A stretch of 64,000 nucleotides of DNA from contig CAVVXN010000005.1 in the NCBI GenBank assembly GCA_963752285.1, forward strand, positions 2,208,001 to 2,272,000, written 5' to 3'. Source of the DNA: an uncultured Planctomycetota bacterium (GTDB taxonomy: Bacteria > Planctomycetota > PLA2 > JAEUHO01). Under the pieces are notes generated by a model that worked only from the letters and a program-made list of their open reading frames with translations, had not been told where the DNA came from and did no database searches. Below are positions 19,035-28,710 of the stretch, one piece after another. Within the stretch, counting starts at the first letter, position 1; every line of letters begins with the position of its first letter. Position numbers and translations under genes: made by a program.

Positions 19035-19670
19035 ATGACGTTTCACCCCGGGACGCTCGCGGCGAAGGTGCTCCGACGGCTCGCGCGGCTCGTGTGGCTC
19101 CGCATGGACGACGTCGTCGCGGTCGTGCGCCTCGACGGCGCGCCGCCGGGTCCCGCGCGCCCGGTGGAGGGCGCCGTCGTCCGCGTCGCGACGGAAGCGG
19201 ACGTGGACCGCACGGACCGCGGCGCCGTCCGGTCCCCGGCGTTCCGGGAGCGGCTCCGGTCGGCGACGGGCGTCGTGGCGGAGGCGAACGGGGCGCTCCT
19301 CGGCCACGCCTGGATCACGTGGGGCCCCCGCGGCCGGGAGGGCGACCCGCCGTTCCTCTACGCGGTCACGCCCCCGGCCGGCACCGCGTACGTCTTCGAC
19401 GTGGAGGTCGCCCCCGCCGCCCGGGGCCGCGGGATCGGCCTGTGCGTCGTCGCCGCGGCGCTCGACGAGGCCCGCCGGCGCGGCGCCCGGCGCGTCGTCC
19501 TGACGCACGACCGTCGGAACGCGCCGATGACGAGGCTGGTCGCCCGGCTGGGCTTCACCTCCGCGGGCGTCCTCCGGTACCGCCGGCTGTTCGGGCTCGC
19601 GTGGCGCGACGTCCGCGCGCTCGACGAGGTGTTGAAAAGCCCTTCGCCGGAGGGCGGCGCGGCGCCCTGA
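19035..19670 (+). CDS. GNAT family N-acetyltransferase
   Basis: Motif A VAPAARGRGIG; NAPM...LGF motif B. Confidence 0.85.
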   Translation: MTFHPGTLAAKVLRRLARLVWLRMDDVVAVVRLDGAPPGPARPVEGAVVRVATEADVDRTDRGAVRSPAFRERLRSATGVVAEANGALLGHAWITWGPRGREGDPPFLYAVTPPAGTAYVFDVEVAPAARGRGIGLCVVAAALDEARRRGARRVVLTHDRRNAPMTRLVARLGFTSAGVLRYRRLFGLAWRDVRALDEVLKSPSPEGGAAP

Positions 19671-19728
19671 CCGGACCGCCACGGGTACCATGCTCCGCCT
19701 CGAGAACGCCTGGGAAGGGAGCCCCGCC

Positions 19729-21276
19729 ATGCCCCATTGCCGCCGGCCCGTCGTCCGCCACCCGGTCCTCCTCGCCGCCGCCCTCCTCGTGCTGGCGGGC
19801 CTCGCGGACGCCTCGCCCCAGGACGTCCAGCCGGGCCAGACGCTCGCGACGTACCGCACGGAGGGGACCACGCTCCACGCGGAGCCCAAGACGCTCTCGA
19901 AGGCGCTCGCGAGCCTCGCCACCGGCGAGCGCGTCCGCGTGCTCGAAGTGAAGTACCCGTGGGCGCGCGTCGAGCTCCTCCGGGCCGGCGCCACCACCGG
20001 CTGGCTCCGCGCGCTCGAGCTCGTGGACCCGGCGACGCTGGTCCCGAACCCGCGCCCCGCGTCCGCGCTCGCGGGCGCAATGGACCCGCGCGTCAGCCAG
20101 GAGGACCAGAGCACGGCGGGACGGCAGTTCACGGAGGACACGGAGCGCGCGTACCGCCAGGCGCACATGGACCTCCAGAGCGCCTACCTCCTCGTAGACC
20201 AGATGGAGCGGGCCACGAGCCAGATGATCCCCGCGGAGTGCGTGGCCTTCATCCGGGACGGCTCGCTCGGCCAGAAGGGGCAGGACGACAAGCTGCCCGG
20301 ACGGCTCCCGCCGGACCCCGTGCCGCGCAGCCCGAGCGCGGGCCCGGGCGGCGGCGGCGGGCCCCTCGGCGGGCTCGGCGGCCTCCGGGGCTTCCTGCCG
20401 CCCGGCGTGAAGGACAAGCTCGGCGGCGACAAGCCCCTCGGCCGGATCGCCGAGGCCGTCGTGACCGGCGCGCCCGAGTTCATGCAGCAGATGAACCGAC
20501 AGTTCACGCCGCAGCAGGAGTACTACCTCGGCCGCGCGGTCGCCGCGAACGCGATCGCGAAGTACGGCCTCGACCGGGACGAGCGCCGCCGCGCGTACGT
20601 CCGCCACGTCGGCGACGCGATCGTCCGACTCGCGCGTCCGAACTACATCCCGCCGACGTTCGGCGGCTACCACTTCGACGTCCTCGCGAGCGACGAGGTG
20701 AACGCCGTGAGCGGGCCGGGCGGTTTCGTGCTCGTGACGCGCGGCGCCGTCGAGGCCTGCCGGACGGAGGACGAGCTCGCCGCGATCCTCTCCCACGAGC
20801 TCGCTCATGTCTTCCGGAGGCACGCGGAGGCGGCGCTGCGCCAGAGCAGTCAGTGGCAGGGCATCGCGCAGGGCGTGACCCGGCTCGTCGGCGCGGGAAC
20901 GGGTCTCGACCGCAACGGCTGGTCCGCCCAGCTTCTCAGGCTGTTCGAGACGGCCGTGGGCCAGATGGCGAAGAACTCGGTCGAGCACAACTACGGGAGC
21001 GCCGCGGAGTTCGACGCCGACCTGCAGGGCACGTACCTCCTGATGGAGGTCGTGTACGACCACCGCGCGCTCTACGACGTCCTGCGGGAGCTCGCGAAGC
21101 GGCCCCACGCGTACGGAGCGGGGGCGACCCACGCGAGCCCCGAGGTCCGCGCGGCGCAGCTCCAGCCGATCGTCGCGAAGTGGCCGACCTTCCCGTACGG
21201 CGACGAGGTCCTGGCCGACCGGCGCGCGCGGTTCGAGGCGGCGCTCGGACGGGCCCGGGCCGCGCCGCCGCGCTGA
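19729..21276 (+). CDS. Secreted SH3b-domain / M48 metalloprotease fusion
   Basis: Signal peptide; SH3b-like LATGERVRVLEVKYPWARV...GWL; M48 motifs NAVSGPGG, EDELAAILSHELAH, EFDAD, THAS. Confidence 0.85.
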   Translation: MPHCRRPVVRHPVLLAAALLVLAGLADASPQDVQPGQTLATYRTEGTTLHAEPKTLSKALASLATGERVRVLEVKYPWARVELLRAGATTGWLRALELVDPATLVPNPRPASALAGAMDPRVSQEDQSTAGRQFTEDTERAYRQAHMDLQSAYLLVDQMERATSQMIPAECVAFIRDGSLGQKGQDDKLPGRLPPDPVPRSPSAGPGGGGGPLGGLGGLRGFLPPGVKDKLGGDKPLGRIAEAVVTGAPEFMQQMNRQFTPQQEYYLGRAVAANAIAKYGLDRDERRRAYVRHVGDAIVRLARPNYIPPTFGGYHFDVLASDEVNAVSGPGGFVLVTRGAVEACRTEDELAAILSHELAHVFRRHAEAALRQSSQWQGIAQGVTRLVGAGTGLDRNGWSAQLLRLFETAVGQMAKNSVEHNYGSAAEFDADLQGTYLLMEVVYDHRALYDVLRELAKRPHAYGAGATHASPEVRAAQLQPIVAKWPTFPYGDEVLADRRARFEAALGRARAAPPR

Positions 21277-21783
21277 TCACGCCGCCGGGTCGGCGTCGCC
21301 GCGGTCCACGAGCGCCCAGCCCAGAAGCAGCCAGTGGACGCCCAGGTAGAACGCGAGCGCCCACGCGCCCGCGAGCGGGCGGTCGCGGACGAGGCACACG
21401 CCGAAGAACACGGCGAGGAGGCCGTCCACGAGGACGGCCAGGCCCCACCGCCGACGCCGTCGCGGGAACGCCGCCGCGAGGAGGAAGAGGCCCCGGACCA
21501 GGAGGTACCCCGCGAGGGCGTACCGCGCGGGCGCGAGTCCGGCGACCTCGTGGAAGAGCAGGGCGAGCCCGCCGCCCAGGGCGAAGATCCCGCCGAACAC
21601 GTCGGGGACGTCCGGCGTGCGCGTCCCGGCGTGGCGCGCGGCGACGACCTCGAGGACGCCGAGCAGGACGAGGAGCCCGCCCGCCACGAACGGGGCGCCC
21701 CGGTACGTCACGAGCGGGGCGATCGCCACGACGACGGCCGCGGCGATCAGGACGAAGCCGAACCTGGTGATGCCGTGTCGCAC
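21277..21783 (-). CDS. HdeD/DUF308-like membrane protein
   Basis: Six hydrophobic helices in two hairpin repeats; GTG with GGGGAG RBS. Confidence 0.65.
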   Translation of the reverse strand: MRHGITRFGFVLIAAAVVVAIAPLVTYRGAPFVAGGLLVLLGVLEVVAARHAGTRTPDVPDVFGGIFALGGGLALLFHEVAGLAPARYALAGYLLVRGLFLLAAAFPRRRRRWGLAVLVDGLLAVFFGVCLVRDRPLAGAWALAFYLGVHWLLLGWALVDRGDADPAA

Positions 21784-21814
21784 GGGGCTCCCGGGGAAGG
21801 GGACCGAGCCTACC

Positions 21815-23143
21815 TCAGGACCGCGTCGGGGACACCGGGAGCCCGACGCGCGCCGCCTCGCGCCCTGCGGCCTCGTCCACGCCGAGGAGGAGCAGCCCAC
21901 CCACCACGAAGAAGGCGATCACCACCGCGAACCCCGCGCGTTGCGAGTCGAAGGCCTCCGTGAGCGTCCCGAGCAGCAGGGGGCCGAGGAACGCGGTGGC
22001 CTTGCCCGAGAACGCGAAGAAGCCGTAGAACTCGCTCTCCATGTCCTTCGGGACGAATCGGCCCATGAGCGCACGGCTCGCGGACTGGTTCGGGCCGACG
22101 AACACCCCGAGGAGCGCCGCCGCGACCCAGAACACCGTCTCGTCCGCCGTCAGGACGGCCGCGAGCGTCGCGAGGGACAGCGCCCCGAGCGTGACGAGGA
22201 TCGTCCGCTTGCCGCCGAGGCGGTCGTCCCACCGCGCGAACACGACCGCGCCCAGCGCGGCGGTGACGTTCAAGAGGATCCCGAAGCCCACCAGCTTCGA
22301 CACGGTGAACCCGAACGTGCCCGTCGCGTAGATCGCGCCGAAACCGAACACGGTGACGAGGCCGTCGTTGTAGACGAGGCGGGCGAGGAGGAACCGCACG
22401 ACCTGGCGGTAGCGCCGCACCTCGTGGAGGGTCCGAAGGAGCTGTCCGAAGGCCGCACGGACGAGGGGCGTCCCGGGCGGGCTCGCGCGCGAACGGTCCT
22501 CGCGCACGCGGACGAAGATCGGGATCGAGAAGACCGCGAACCAGGCCGCCGCGACCCACATCGCCACGCGAACGTGCTGGCCGCTCTCCTTGTCGAGGCC
22601 GAAGGGCGGCACCGAGCCCGCGACGAGCGGCAGCACCAGGAGCAGCGCGAGGATCCCGCCGACGTAGCCGAGGGCCCAGCCGTAGCCGCTGACGCGTCCG
22701 AGCGCGTCCGGCGGTGCGAGGTCGGGGAGGAACGCGTTGTAGAGCGCGCATCCCATCTCGTACGCGACGTTCGCCACAGTGAAGATCGCGAGCGCGGCCC
22801 ACGCGAGCCCGAGTCCGGGCGGCACGACCTCGAGCGCGGCGGTCGCGGCGACGCACACCACGGTCGTCGCGAGGAGAAGCGCCTTCCTCCGTCCGCCGCG
22901 GTCCGCGACCGCGCCCATGACCGGCGAGAGCAGGGCCACGATCAGCGCGCTGACCGTGACCGCGCGCGACCAGAGCGCCGTGCCCGCGTTCTCGTCGGCA
23001 GCGAACCGTTTCGTGAAGAACGCCGAGTAGACGAACGTCACGACGACGGTCGTGAACGCGGAGTTCCCGAAGTCGTAGAGGCACCACGCGAGGATCGCGC
23101 CGCGATCGCCTCGCTGCCCTCGCCCGGCCCGATCCTCGCCCAT
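21815..23143 (-). CDS. MFS transporter, UMF1/Atg22-like family
   Basis: AWCLYDFGNSAF, LYNAFLP, GWALGYVGG, LVYNDG, QSASRALM, EFYGF. Confidence 0.9.
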   Translation of the reverse strand: MGEDRAGRGQRGDRGAILAWCLYDFGNSAFTTVVVTFVYSAFFTKRFAADENAGTALWSRAVTVSALIVALLSPVMGAVADRGGRRKALLLATTVVCVAATAALEVVPPGLGLAWAALAIFTVANVAYEMGCALYNAFLPDLAPPDALGRVSGYGWALGYVGGILALLLVLPLVAGSVPPFGLDKESGQHVRVAMWVAAAWFAVFSIPIFVRVREDRSRASPPGTPLVRAAFGQLLRTLHEVRRYRQVVRFLLARLVYNDGLVTVFGFGAIYATGTFGFTVSKLVGFGILLNVTAALGAVVFARWDDRLGGKRTILVTLGALSLATLAAVLTADETVFWVAAALLGVFVGPNQSASRALMGRFVPKDMESEFYGFFAFSGKATAFLGPLLLGTLTEAFDSQRAGFAVVIAFFVVGGLLLLGVDEAAGREAARVGLPVSPTRS

Positions 23144-23172
23144 CGACCCTCCCGCCCGTCCGGCGGCCGAGG

Positions 23173-24048
23173 CTAATCGATCCAGGCAGGCGGGGCGATC
23201 CGCGCGACGATCCACACGGCCACGCCGGAGAGGACGAGCGCGCCCGCGGTCCCGAGGAGCCCGCCGGCCCGACCCGTCCGGACGAGGAGGACGCCGCCCA
23301 CCGCGGCGAGGGCGAGGAGCACCGCGGCCGCGAGCGGGAAGGACGTTTCGCCGGGGTGGTTCAGGTACGCGTGGCCCGACACCAGCAGGCCCGTGAAGAC
23401 GAGCGAGACGGGCGCCGCCGCGGCCGGGAGGACCTCGCGCGCGAGGGGACCGCGCGCGCCGGCGAGCGTGGCACCGAGCGTGGCGCCCGCAAGCGCCCCC
23501 GCCACCCCGCCGAGCACGAAGGAGCCGGCGAACCGCGCGTACGCCGCCGCGGTCGCGCCGATCGCGAGCGCGAGGGGCACCGCCGCCGCGAGGCCCGGGC
23601 GGCGCCCCGTGACCGGACGAAGGGCCGTCCACAGCGCGCTCGCGAGGAGGGCTCCCGCCGCCACGTGGACCGCCTCGAGGCCGGGCGAGAGCCCCCGGTG
23701 GGGCGCCACGACGAGCCACGCCGCCGCACCCCCCGCGAGGGCGCGAAGCAGTCCCCGGAGCGCGAACGGCAGGCGGCGGGCCTCGACGACGCCGGCCAGC
23801 CACCCGAGCGGCGCGAACCAGAGCGTCCACCGCCAGGCGTCTTCGCCGGGCGCGAGGGGGAGAGACGGCCACGGCACGAGCCGCAGCGCGCCCACCCCGA
23901 ACGCGAAGACGAGGACGAGCGCTGCGGCGGGTCCGAGAAGCGCCCTCGCGCCGACACGCCGGGCGAGGAGCGAGAGCACGAGGACCCCCGCCGCCGACAC
24001 GGCGCCGGGGAGCAAGACGGCCCCGAGCGCCTCGCTCTCGTACGTCAC
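23173..24048 (-). CDS. Polytopic membrane hypothetical protein
   Basis: Multiple hydrophobic segments; start approximate (GTG 24048). Confidence 0.6.
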   Translation of the reverse strand: MTYESEALGAVLLPGAVSAAGVLVLSLLARRVGARALLGPAAALVLVFAFGVGALRLVPWPSLPLAPGEDAWRWTLWFAPLGWLAGVVEARRLPFALRGLLRALAGGAAAWLVVAPHRGLSPGLEAVHVAAGALLASALWTALRPVTGRRPGLAAAVPLALAIGATAAAYARFAGSFVLGGVAGALAGATLGATLAGARGPLAREVLPAAAAPVSLVFTGLLVSGHAYLNHPGETSFPLAAAVLLALAAVGGVLLVRTGRAGGLLGTAGALVLSGVAVWIVARIAPPAWID

Positions 24049-24107
24049 GGCAGCGAGGGGAGCGAGTCGCCCCACGCGCGTCGCCGCCGCGCAACTCGCC
24101 CGCTCCG

Positions 24108-24707
24108 CTACTGCCTCTGGCCCTCGACCGCGATCGTGATCCACACCGTGTCGCTGACGCCGGGGATCCCCCCCGTCATGCCGAACCGGCTCCGCTCGAT
24201 CGTCGTCGAGCCCTCGAAGCCCGTGCGGTGGCCCACGCGCGGGTCATCGATCTCGCCGGTCTTCACGACCTTCATCTGGACCGGCTTCGTCACGCCGTGG
24301 AGCGTCAGGTCGCCGGTCACGTTCCACGCGTCGGTCCCCGCCTTCTCGACCTTCGTGCTCTTGAAGGTCATCTCCGGGTACTGCTCGACGTCGAAGAAGT
24401 CCGCCGAGCGCAGGTGCTGATCGCGCTTCTCGTTGTTGGTGTCCACGCTCGCGGTCTGGATCGTGAGCTCGACGCTCGACGCGTCCGGCGCGTCGGCGTC
24501 GAGCAGGTACCGGCCCGAGAAGTCGTCGAAGCGCCCGTACACGTGGCTCACGTCCATGTGCTTCACCTTGAACATCGCCGTCGAGTGCGCGGGGTCGATC
24601 TCGTACGTCGAGGGCGCCGCGACGGCGGGCCCGACCCGCACGAAGGCGACGAGGAGGGCGGCCCCGAGGGCCAGGGCGACCGCGAGCACGCGGGGGGAGG
24701 TCGTCAT
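24108..24707 (-). CDS. YceI family lipid/polyisoprenoid-binding protein (copy 2)
   Basis: IDPAHS, GRF, RDQHLRSADFFD, GDLTLHGVTK; signal peptide; GGAG RBS. Confidence 0.92.
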   Translation of the reverse strand: MTTSPRVLAVALALGAALLVAFVRVGPAVAAPSTYEIDPAHSTAMFKVKHMDVSHVYGRFDDFSGRYLLDADAPDASSVELTIQTASVDTNNEKRDQHLRSADFFDVEQYPEMTFKSTKVEKAGTDAWNVTGDLTLHGVTKPVQMKVVKTGEIDDPRVGHRTGFEGSTTIERSRFGMTGGIPGVSDTVWITIAVEGQRQ

Positions 24708-24760
24708 GGGCGATGCTCCTTCGGCTTCGGCCCGCGCACGGGCGGGCCGGGGGGGGCCCG

Positions 24761-24773
24761 AGGGTGGCAACGG
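24761..24773 (-). promoter_or_regulatory. 13-bp motif CCGTTGCCACCCT shared upstream of both yceI genes (copy 2)
   Basis: Identical to 25548-25560, at a similar distance from the start codon (54 vs 57 nt). Confidence 0.55.
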
Positions 24774-24885
24774 TTCCGGGGCCCCGGCCCCGGCCCGCAG
24801 GGACCCGTGACCAAGGCCCCGCCGGGCGGCGGGACGCCAGGGGGCTGGGCCAGGCCGATCCGGCGCAGAGAGGACGCCGAGCCGC

Positions 24886-25491
24886 CTACTTGCGGACACC
24901 CTCCACCGCGACCGTGACGTGAACCTCGTCCCCGATCGCCGGGAGCGCGTACGTCATCCCGAACTCGCTCCGCTTGATCGTCATCGTGCCCTCGAACCCG
25001 GTGCGGTGCTCGTGGTGCATGCCCTCGCCCTCGCCGGTCTTCACGAGGTCCATGGTCATCGGTTTCGTGACGCCGTGGAGCGTGAGGTTCCCGTCCACGC
25101 GCCACCGGTCCGGACCCGGCATCGCGACCTTCGTGCTCTTGAAGGTCATCGTCGGGAACTGCTCGACGTTCAGGTAGTCGGCCCCCATCAGGTCCTGGTT
25201 GCGCTTCGCGTTGTTCGTGTCGATGCTGTTCGTCTCGACGGTGATGTCCACCTCCGAGGAGGCGGGCGCGGCCGCGTCGAGCACGTAGCGGCCCGAGAAC
25301 ACGTCGAAGCGCCCGTAGACGTAGCCGACGTCCAGGTGCTTCACCTTGAAGAGGAAGGTCGAGTGCACGGGGTCGATCTCGTACGTCTCCGGCGCGGCGA
25401 GGGCGGGTCCGCCCGCGAAGAACGAGGCGACGCTCACGGCGGCGAGCCCGAGGACGAGCGGAAGGGCGAGGGAGCGGGCGGATCGCGACAT
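24886..25491 (-). CDS. YceI family protein (copy 1)
   Basis: IDPVHS, GRF, RNQDLMGADYLN, GNLTLHGVTK; signal peptide; GGAGG RBS. Confidence 0.92.
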   Translation of the reverse strand: MSRSARSLALPLVLGLAAVSVASFFAGGPALAAPETYEIDPVHSTFLFKVKHLDVGYVYGRFDVFSGRYVLDAAAPASSEVDITVETNSIDTNNAKRNQDLMGADYLNVEQFPTMTFKSTKVAMPGPDRWRVDGNLTLHGVTKPMTMDLVKTGEGEGMHHEHRTGFEGTMTIKRSEFGMTYALPAIGDEVHVTVAVEGVRK

Positions 25492-25547
25492 GGGGTTCCT
25501 CCGGGGCCGGGGACCGGGCGGGCCTCCCGCCCCGTCCTGCGCGCCCA

Positions 25548-25560
25548 AGGGTGGCAACGG
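25548..25560 (-). promoter_or_regulatory. 13-bp motif CCGTTGCCACCCT shared upstream of both yceI genes (copy 1)
   Basis: Identical to 24761-24773. Confidence 0.55.
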
Positions 25561-25698
25561 CCGCGGGGGGAGCGACCGGACCGGCCGCGCGAGTCGTGAC
25601 CTAGGGCCCGGCCGTGGACCGCGCGTCGCGGACCCGGAGGCGCTGGGAGGCGTCGCTCGACGCCCGCGGGGGGGGCCCGAAGGGTCCGCGCTCCGGCG

Positions 25699-26631
25699 TC
25701 ACACGTCGGCGGTGTCGAGGACGCCGAGCGTCTCGCGCTCCCACGCCTCCAGCGGGCGGCGGAACGCGAACGAGACGATGAGTCGTCCCGGCACCTCGGG
25801 GATGTCGCCGACCGTCAGCACCCGGACCGGCCCGTACCACACCGAGTCCCCCCGCTCGTCGTCCACCAGGACGTCTACGATCGCCCCGTACGCCTTCGAG
25901 AACGCGACGACACGGTCGGTGAGCGACGCCTCGGGGCGGAAGAGCGGCTCGCCGGAGCGGTCCTCCAGGCAGAGCACGCCGCCCTCCGAGCTGAACTCGA
26001 GCGGCCGGCCCTGGAGGGCGCCCGCCGGAGCGCGGGTCCTGGAGAGGATCGTCGCCGTGAGGCGCATGGGGGCCCGGCTCCCGTGGCCGGGGCTGGGGAC
26101 GCGCGAGGCGGCCCGCCAGGCCGCATCGTCGGAGGCGACCGGGGACGCGGGTCGCGCGCCGGCGTTCGGCCGTCGGACCCGAGGGGCCTCCGCGGCCATC
26201 CGGCGGCGCGCCACGTCGGGCGGCTCGCCGGGACGCGGAAGCGGGAGGCCGAGGGCCTCGGCGTCGTCCTCGGTCAGCGCGGGCACGAGCTCGCAGCCCA
26301 GCTCGAGCAGCCCTTCGTCGGAGCGCTGGGGACTCACCCGGACGATCTTGAGGCTCCGCCGGACGAGCGACCCCAGGTGCTCGGGGTCGAGCTCGACCAC
26401 GACCTTCACGGCCCGGGGCTGGTCGAGCACGCGGGCGAGGGAGGCCAGGGAGTCCCCGCCCCCCGCGCCGACGTCCACGGCGAGCCGGATCCCCGTGCGG
26501 GAGATGTCGAGGACCCGGGCCCGCGGCCAGGTGGCCGGGGAGACCACCCGCACGGACACGTCACACCGTACGCGACCGCTGGTGCGGTGCTCGGGGCGAG
26601 GCGGGTAGGGGGGGCGGCCTTCGGGGCTCAT
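25699..26631 (-). CDS. PilZ domain protein (N-terminal canonical PilZ, probable degenerate second copy)
   Basis: RTSGR (RxxxR) and DISRTG (DxSxxG); second half has SRAPMRL...EFSSEGG. Confidence 0.7.
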   Translation of the reverse strand: MSPEGRPPYPPRPEHRTSGRVRCDVSVRVVSPATWPRARVLDISRTGIRLAVDVGAGGGDSLASLARVLDQPRAVKVVVELDPEHLGSLVRRSLKIVRVSPQRSDEGLLELGCELVPALTEDDAEALGLPLPRPGEPPDVARRRMAAEAPRVRRPNAGARPASPVASDDAAWRAASRVPSPGHGSRAPMRLTATILSRTRAPAGALQGRPLEFSSEGGVLCLEDRSGEPLFRPEASLTDRVVAFSKAYGAIVDVLVDDERGDSVWYGPVRVLTVGDIPEVPGRLIVSFAFRRPLEAWERETLGVLDTADV

Positions 26632-26961
26632 CGTGCGCCCCATCCATCGACCATTTCCCGGCCTCGGATCAAGCCCTCCGTCCCGGTCCCCGGGCCGGAC
26701 CCGGCCCTCCGGCCCGGGACGTGCGGCCCCCGCCCCACGGCGCCCGCAGGGCGCCGCCGCGCGGTCGCGGGCGCCGTCGGCCCGGGGCCTGCCCTTCGCG
26801 CGCCCGAGGACGAGCGCACGCGCTCGCGTCGCGAAGCGGGAGCCCCGGGAGCAGGCCGCCCGAGACCCCGCGCGCGCCCACGCCCGGCACGCGAGATCGT
26901 GCTCGCCCGTGCGCTCGTGACCTCGACCCTCGACCGCCCCCCGGACCTCCCCCTCGTGCGC

Positions 26962-27330
26962 TCAGATCACCCGCCCCCACCCCTGTTCCCTCAGCCTTCG
27001 CCAGCGGGCCACGTAGACCATCTCGAAAAGGTCGAGGCGGTCGGGCAGCACCTCGCGGACGTGGTCGCGGAGGGCCTCGATCGCGATCTCCACGTCGATC
27101 TCGGCGACGTCCGTGTAGAGGATCGTCCAGGTGATCGCGTCCGCGCGGCGCTTCAGGTCCTCGGCGGCGCGCCGACCGGCCCGGCGCCGCCCACCCACCG
27201 GGAGCGGCGTCCGTCGCTCCTGGGGCGCGTCGCGCTCGACGAGCGCGCCGCACGTGCACGGGACCCGACGGCCGAAGGCGAAGAGCGTCGCGTCGTACTC
27301 GGCGCCGCAGCGTGGGCACAGGATCGACAC
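26962..27330 (-). CDS. Small zinc-ribbon-containing hypothetical protein
   Basis: CPRC...CTC at the N-terminus and a helical C-terminal domain; GTG 6 nt after TACGAT. Confidence 0.72.
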   Translation of the reverse strand: MSILCPRCGAEYDATLFAFGRRVPCTCGALVERDAPQERRTPLPVGGRRRAGRRAAEDLKRRADAITWTILYTDVAEIDVEIAIEALRDHVREVLPDRLDLFEMVYVARWRRLREQGWGRVI

Positions 27331-27586
27331 GAGCCCATCGTACGCGTCGCGAAGCCCACGGGGCGCGGACCCGGCCGGTTGCGACCTCCGCGCAGAGCCC
27401 ACGGGGCGCGCGACGTGTTCGACGCAAGGCGCGATCGCACGCCGGCTCGGGACGCGGGGCGCCCGCCCGTCCCCCGTGGGCGACGGGGGTCGCCCACGAC
27501 GCGCACCCGATGAATCGGGGACCGGCGCGCGCAGCGCCGCGCGACGCACGACCGCGCGACGCGCGGCCGCGCTCGGGTCCTTCAGG

Positions 27587-27934
27587 CTACCCCTCGCGGA
27601 GCAGCCGGCGGAGCCGGCTCACCATCCGGTCCACGCCCCCGCCGGGGAACTGCTTCCGGCTCTCCCCGCCCACGAAGATCACGTTGAAGGGGAGGTCGTG
27701 GACCTCGGCGACCCACGGGTTCGCCTTCTTGAAGCCGATCCAGCCCGGCCGGTCGAGGAGCAGCTTCCCGAACCGGACGTCGGGCCACTCCGCGTCGGTC
27801 TCGAGGAAGGCCTCGAGCTCGGTCGTCCACTGGTTGCACGCGGGGCAGTCGCTCTTGCCGAGCATGAGCACGCTCGCCGGCGCGCCGACGAAGGCCTCCC
27901 AGGTCGAGGGCTCCAGCATCTCGAGACGGCTCAT
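27587..27934 (-). CDS. Thioredoxin-fold protein (CPAC)
   Basis: KSDCPAC redox motif; DLP cis-proline region. Confidence 0.75.
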   Translation of the reverse strand: MSRLEMLEPSTWEAFVGAPASVLMLGKSDCPACNQWTTELEAFLETDAEWPDVRFGKLLLDRPGWIGFKKANPWVAEVHDLPFNVIFVGGESRKQFPGGGVDRMVSRLRRLLREG

Positions 27935-28046
27935 CGTGTCCCCTGCGTCGTGCGGGGCGGGACGACCCGCGTCGTCCCGCGCCCGCGAGAGCGCCCGCAC
28001 GCCGCGTGCGCCGGCGCGGGTCGTGCGGGGGATGCCGATCGCTTCG

Positions 28047-28571
28047 TCACGCGACGAAACGATCTCCCTTGTGCCAGTCGGCGCCGCAGAGACCGCCGGC
28101 CTGGAGCGCCTGCGCGGTGCGCAGGACCTCGGAGGGGCTCCGCCCCACGCTCAGGTCGTTGACCGACATCGCGCGGACGACGCCCTGCGCGTCCACGATC
28201 ACGGTGGCCCGGTACGCGACGCCGGCCTCCTCCTTCAGGACGCCGAAGAGACGGCTCAGGTTGTGGTTCGTGTCGGCGACCACCGGGTGGGTGATCTCCT
28301 GCGGAAACGTCTTGCGGTCCGCGAACCACGCCTTGTGGCTGTAGTAGGAGTCCGTGCTCGCTCCGATGACCGCGATGCCGTCGTCCTGGAAGTCCTCGAG
28401 CTTCTCCTGGAAGCCCTTGATCTCGGTGGGGCAGACGAAGGTGAAGTCCAGCGGATACCAGTACAGGATGTACCACTTGCCGGCGAAGTCGGAGCTCTTG
28501 ACCTCCTTCTCCTCACCGTCCACGTATGCGGTGGCGCTCCACTGGGGCGCCTTCTGACCGACCATGCTCAT
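28047..28571 (-). CDS. ahpC: 2-Cys peroxiredoxin (AhpC/Prx1)
   Basis: YPLDFTFVCPTE, GRS, resolving LCGADW. Confidence 0.93.
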   Translation of the reverse strand: MSMVGQKAPQWSATAYVDGEEKEVKSSDFAGKWYILYWYPLDFTFVCPTEIKGFQEKLEDFQDDGIAVIGASTDSYYSHKAWFADRKTFPQEITHPVVADTNHNLSRLFGVLKEEAGVAYRATVIVDAQGVVRAMSVNDLSVGRSPSEVLRTAQALQAGGLCGADWHKGDRFVA

Positions 28572-28710
28572 CGCGAGATGCCTCCGGGGTTCGGGGGGAT
28601 CCTCGGGGGATCCGGCTTCGACCCGCGCACCCCCGAGAGAGTCCCCGAGTGTACGCGATCCCCGAGCGGTGGCGGACCGCAGACGGACCGCTCCGGCGCG
28701 CCGCGCGATG

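Noticed and set aside
24761..24790. Sigma-54 promoter at the TTGC of the yceI upstream motif
   Set aside because: No GG at the -24 position (GG-N10-GC spacing fails) in either copy.
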